DNA from: a virus
UHGV virus genome: UHGV-1759085
Strand: one strand, 5' to 3'
DNA: 10,798 nt
The position numbers and the translations under genes were made by a program. The notes beneath the pieces are model-generated. The model ran no database searches, was not told the origin of the DNA, and saw nothing but the letters and a program-made list of their open reading frames with translations. Every line of letters starts with the position of its first letter. Position 1 is the first letter of the stretch. Positions 8,478 to 10,798 of the stretch are shown here, in pieces.

Positions 8478-8483
8478 CCAAAA

Positions 8484-9737
8484 TTACTGCCCGGCAATAA
8501 CGATGCCCGTATATTCAGGAACAAGTACAGAGCAACCGTACAGGGTGGTGAAACGCGCAGTGGTTACACCTTTGATGTGGTCGAAGGCGTAAGACATGAT
8601 CAGCGTAGCGCCCTGCTCGGTGGTTGCTGTCATTACCTGTGGACCCTGACCAGTTGGGAACGCCAGCTTGCCGTACATCAGTTCAACAGAACCATCAGCC
8701 CAGAACAGGTTAGCCGGTGCGGCATTTTTGTTGAGAATGGTGATTGCTGCGCTACTTGCCGCATTAGCATCAACGTTTGCATATGGTCGGCTGGCGACAT
8801 CCGCGTTGTCAGGCGGCAGAATTTTCGGGGAGATAGTTACTGTCGTTCCGCTTACTGCCAGAACGCGGAATACCTGCGGCTGCCCGGTGGTATCTTTGGT
8901 GATCTGGTGTACAGAATTCACCCCTGCGATGGTAAACGCATCGCCAACCTGCAAACCTTCAGCAGATACCGTAATGGTCCCCTGTCGGTTATCCACTGGC
9001 ATATCGTTAGCATCTTTCGCTTCAACCTTGTGCGCAGGTGCTGCTGCCAGCGTAATGGAAGTTGCTGTACCCTTCGGAACACGACCAGAAATATCGGTCT
9101 TGTAGCTATCGAAGGACGCAACCGGAGGGATTTGCGCTTTTTCGTATGCTGTCAGGGTTGCGCCCTGAGCATAGGCACGGTGACCAAGCTCGCCAGCAAG
9201 GTCTTTGTAGTTGAAGGGGTTCCAGAAAGAGCGACGGTTGATACCCTGAGGTACACCAATCGCCGTCATGGTGGCATCAATACCTGCCGCACAGTTCCAC
9301 AAATCACGGCCCTGTGAACCTGTGGTTGAGTCAGCCATCGTGATCACGTTAGTAGCACGCTGCGTAACCATGGAAATCAGGTCAGAGTCAATCTGTGCAG
9401 CAAGGCGCATACCTGCGGCGCGACCAGCTTCAGTTTTATGTTCCGGGTCACGCATTTCACGCGCATCCAGAGTGTACAGAATGTTTTTCGGCTCCTTGAA
9501 CACAGAAGGAACAAGGCGCTGAACCAGTGCTGTTGGCGTTTTGCCGCTGAGGTCTAGGCCTTCCTCAATGTTCATGTGGTAATGCTGCGGACGATACAGA
9601 ACATCACCTGCTCGCTGCATTGCTGTATCACCGGGACGGAATTTTTTAGCGTTACGGGAAACTACGCAGGCGGCCTCAAAGCCTTCAACGTAGTTTTCGA
9701 ACATGATTTCAAGGTCTTTTGCTAATTGGTTAGCCAT
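8484..9737 (-). CDS. Major capsid (coat) protein, P22 gp5-like
   Basis: 417-aa ORF directly downstream of the scaffolding gene, with size and position matching the P22 gene 8 then gene 5 order; SD GGAG upstream; followed by a terminator-like hairpin, as expected for the most abundant virion protein. Confidence 0.88.
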   Translation of the reverse strand: MANQLAKDLEIMFENYVEGFEAACVVSRNAKKFRPGDTAMQRAGDVLYRPQHYHMNIEEGLDLSGKTPTALVQRLVPSVFKEPKNILYTLDAREMRDPEHKTEAGRAAGMRLAAQIDSDLISMVTQRATNVITMADSTTGSQGRDLWNCAAGIDATMTAIGVPQGINRRSFWNPFNYKDLAGELGHRAYAQGATLTAYEKAQIPPVASFDSYKTDISGRVPKGTATSITLAAAPAHKVEAKDANDMPVDNRQGTITVSAEGLQVGDAFTIAGVNSVHQITKDTTGQPQVFRVLAVSGTTVTISPKILPPDNADVASRPYANVDANAASSAAITILNKNAAPANLFWADGSVELMYGKLAFPTGQGPQVMTATTEQGATLIMSYAFDHIKGVTTARFTTLYGCSVLVPEYTGIVIAGQ

Positions 9738-9755
9738 GCTTAATGCTCCGATAGG

Positions 9756-10649
9756 TTATTTTTTTGCCTTTTTAGCGGCGAAATACGGCGTCCAGTCACC
9801 AGTTTCCAGCGCCTTGGCTTTCAGTTTGTCGAGGTTGTTGATTACTGCGCCGTTGCTCCCCTTAACTGTCGGGGTTGTGGCTGCCGTGGTTTTTGCTTTT
9901 GGCATGATTCTGGCCTTCGATTCGATACGTTCCAGCAGACGACCAATTGCTACGTGGTTGGTAGCTTCTGCCAGTTGCTTGCGCAGTTCAGCGTTGCGAC
10001 CGAGTGCCAGAACAACGATTTCCGGCTTCTCTGACTCAAACAAGATCGCGTTTTGTGTCTCGATGGGGATTTCCTCGAGTACGGCCTGCTCAGCTTCCTG
10101 ATAGCCAGGAACTTTGAGAGCCTTAACACGTTGCTGATATTTGGATAATCGCTCTTGATAGGCAGCCTGAAGCTCCTGCTCCTTCTGCTTGCGAGCCATC
10201 TCCTGTTGCTGGTACTTGCCGTTATCCTCTGCCCACTTAGCCATGCGTTGCTGGTAGATTTCTTCATCGAAACCGATGTCCTCATCATCCAGTTTTGGCA
10301 TTCGCGGTGGTTGAGTGATTACCGGCTGCTGCTCGACGGGTTTCTGATACTGACGCATCAGCTCTTTCAGCTCACGGTCTTTCTCTTTAATCGTCTTGCG
10401 CAGGTGTTTTACCAGTCCATGCTCTGCGCCATCTTCGCTGGTTGGCGAATCCAGCTTTTCGTCACCAAAGTAGAATTCCTGTTCTGATTCGTCGTCATCA
10501 GTTTCAGTAGCTTCCTCTGCATCATTGCCGGAGGACTCACTGCCATCTTCTGTTTCGACTTCTTCAGCCAGTTCGACATCATCAGGAATCTGCTCTGACG
10601 CGTCGGTTTCGATTTCAACTTCTGGTGTGTTTTCTGCCATCTGGTCCAT
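9756..10649 (-). CDS. Scaffolding protein, P22 gp8-like
   Basis: 297-aa ORF with an extremely acidic N-terminal 75 residues, a central charged helical region (KEKDRELKELMRQYQ...) and a basic C-terminus (...KLKAKALETGDWTPYFAAKKAKK) resembling the coat-binding helix-turn-helix end of P22 scaffolding protein; AGGGG SD upstream. Confidence 0.8.
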   Translation of the reverse strand: MDQMAENTPEVEIETDASEQIPDDVELAEEVETEDGSESSGNDAEEATETDDDESEQEFYFGDEKLDSPTSEDGAEHGLVKHLRKTIKEKDRELKELMRQYQKPVEQQPVITQPPRMPKLDDEDIGFDEEIYQQRMAKWAEDNGKYQQQEMARKQKEQELQAAYQERLSKYQQRVKALKVPGYQEAEQAVLEEIPIETQNAILFESEKPEIVVLALGRNAELRKQLAEATNHVAIGRLLERIESKARIMPKAKTTAATTPTVKGSNGAVINNLDKLKAKALETGDWTPYFAAKKAKK

Positions 10650-10695
10650 TTGTTACCCCTGTTTACTCGATGTTCAGCCCATCGGAAGGCAATAG

Positions 10696-10798
<103 letters not shown>

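Noticed and set aside
8254-8481. Longer 75-aa version of the small ORF starting at 8481
   Set aside because: Its start would lie 3 nt after the coat stop, inside the terminator-like hairpin, with no SD; the internal ATG at 8442 has a good GGGAGAAG SD and is the more plausible start.
8430-9317. 295-aa plus-strand ORF
   Set aside because: Lies entirely antisense to the well-supported coat gene; the translation is Cys/Arg-rich and low-complexity, typical of a spurious antisense frame; no SD at its start.
10155-10487. 110-aa plus-strand leucine-rich, membrane-protein-like ORF (also 9703..10101 and 9950..10288)
   Set aside because: Antisense or out of frame relative to the scaffold gene; the Leu-rich hydrophobic look is what the reverse complement of Glu/Lys/Gln-rich scaffold codons produces.

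Overview
The window is one uninterrupted late (virion morphogenesis) operon of a P22-like podovirus or prophage, with every gene on the minus strand. I found no exotic or undescribed system; the most unusual items are a mosaic tailspike with an esterase-like motif and a tail needle built from regular 14-residue repeats. Gene order from high to low coordinate is scaffolding protein, coat protein, small ORF, gp4-like, gp10-like, gp26-like tail needle, gp14-like, three ejection proteins (gp7/gp20/gp16-like), then the 5' part of the tailspike, which runs off the window start. Genes are tightly packed with overlapping stop/start codons, and there is no immI/sieA-type insertion between the gp16-like gene and the tailspike (an Sf6-type layout, as I recall it). 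No rRNA, tRNA, CRISPR array or IS element was seen. Product calls rest on synteny with the P22 late operon, protein sizes and my recollection of P22 N-terminal sequences; none was checked against a database. Codon usage and Shine-Dalgarno sites look enterobacterial, but the host is an inference.
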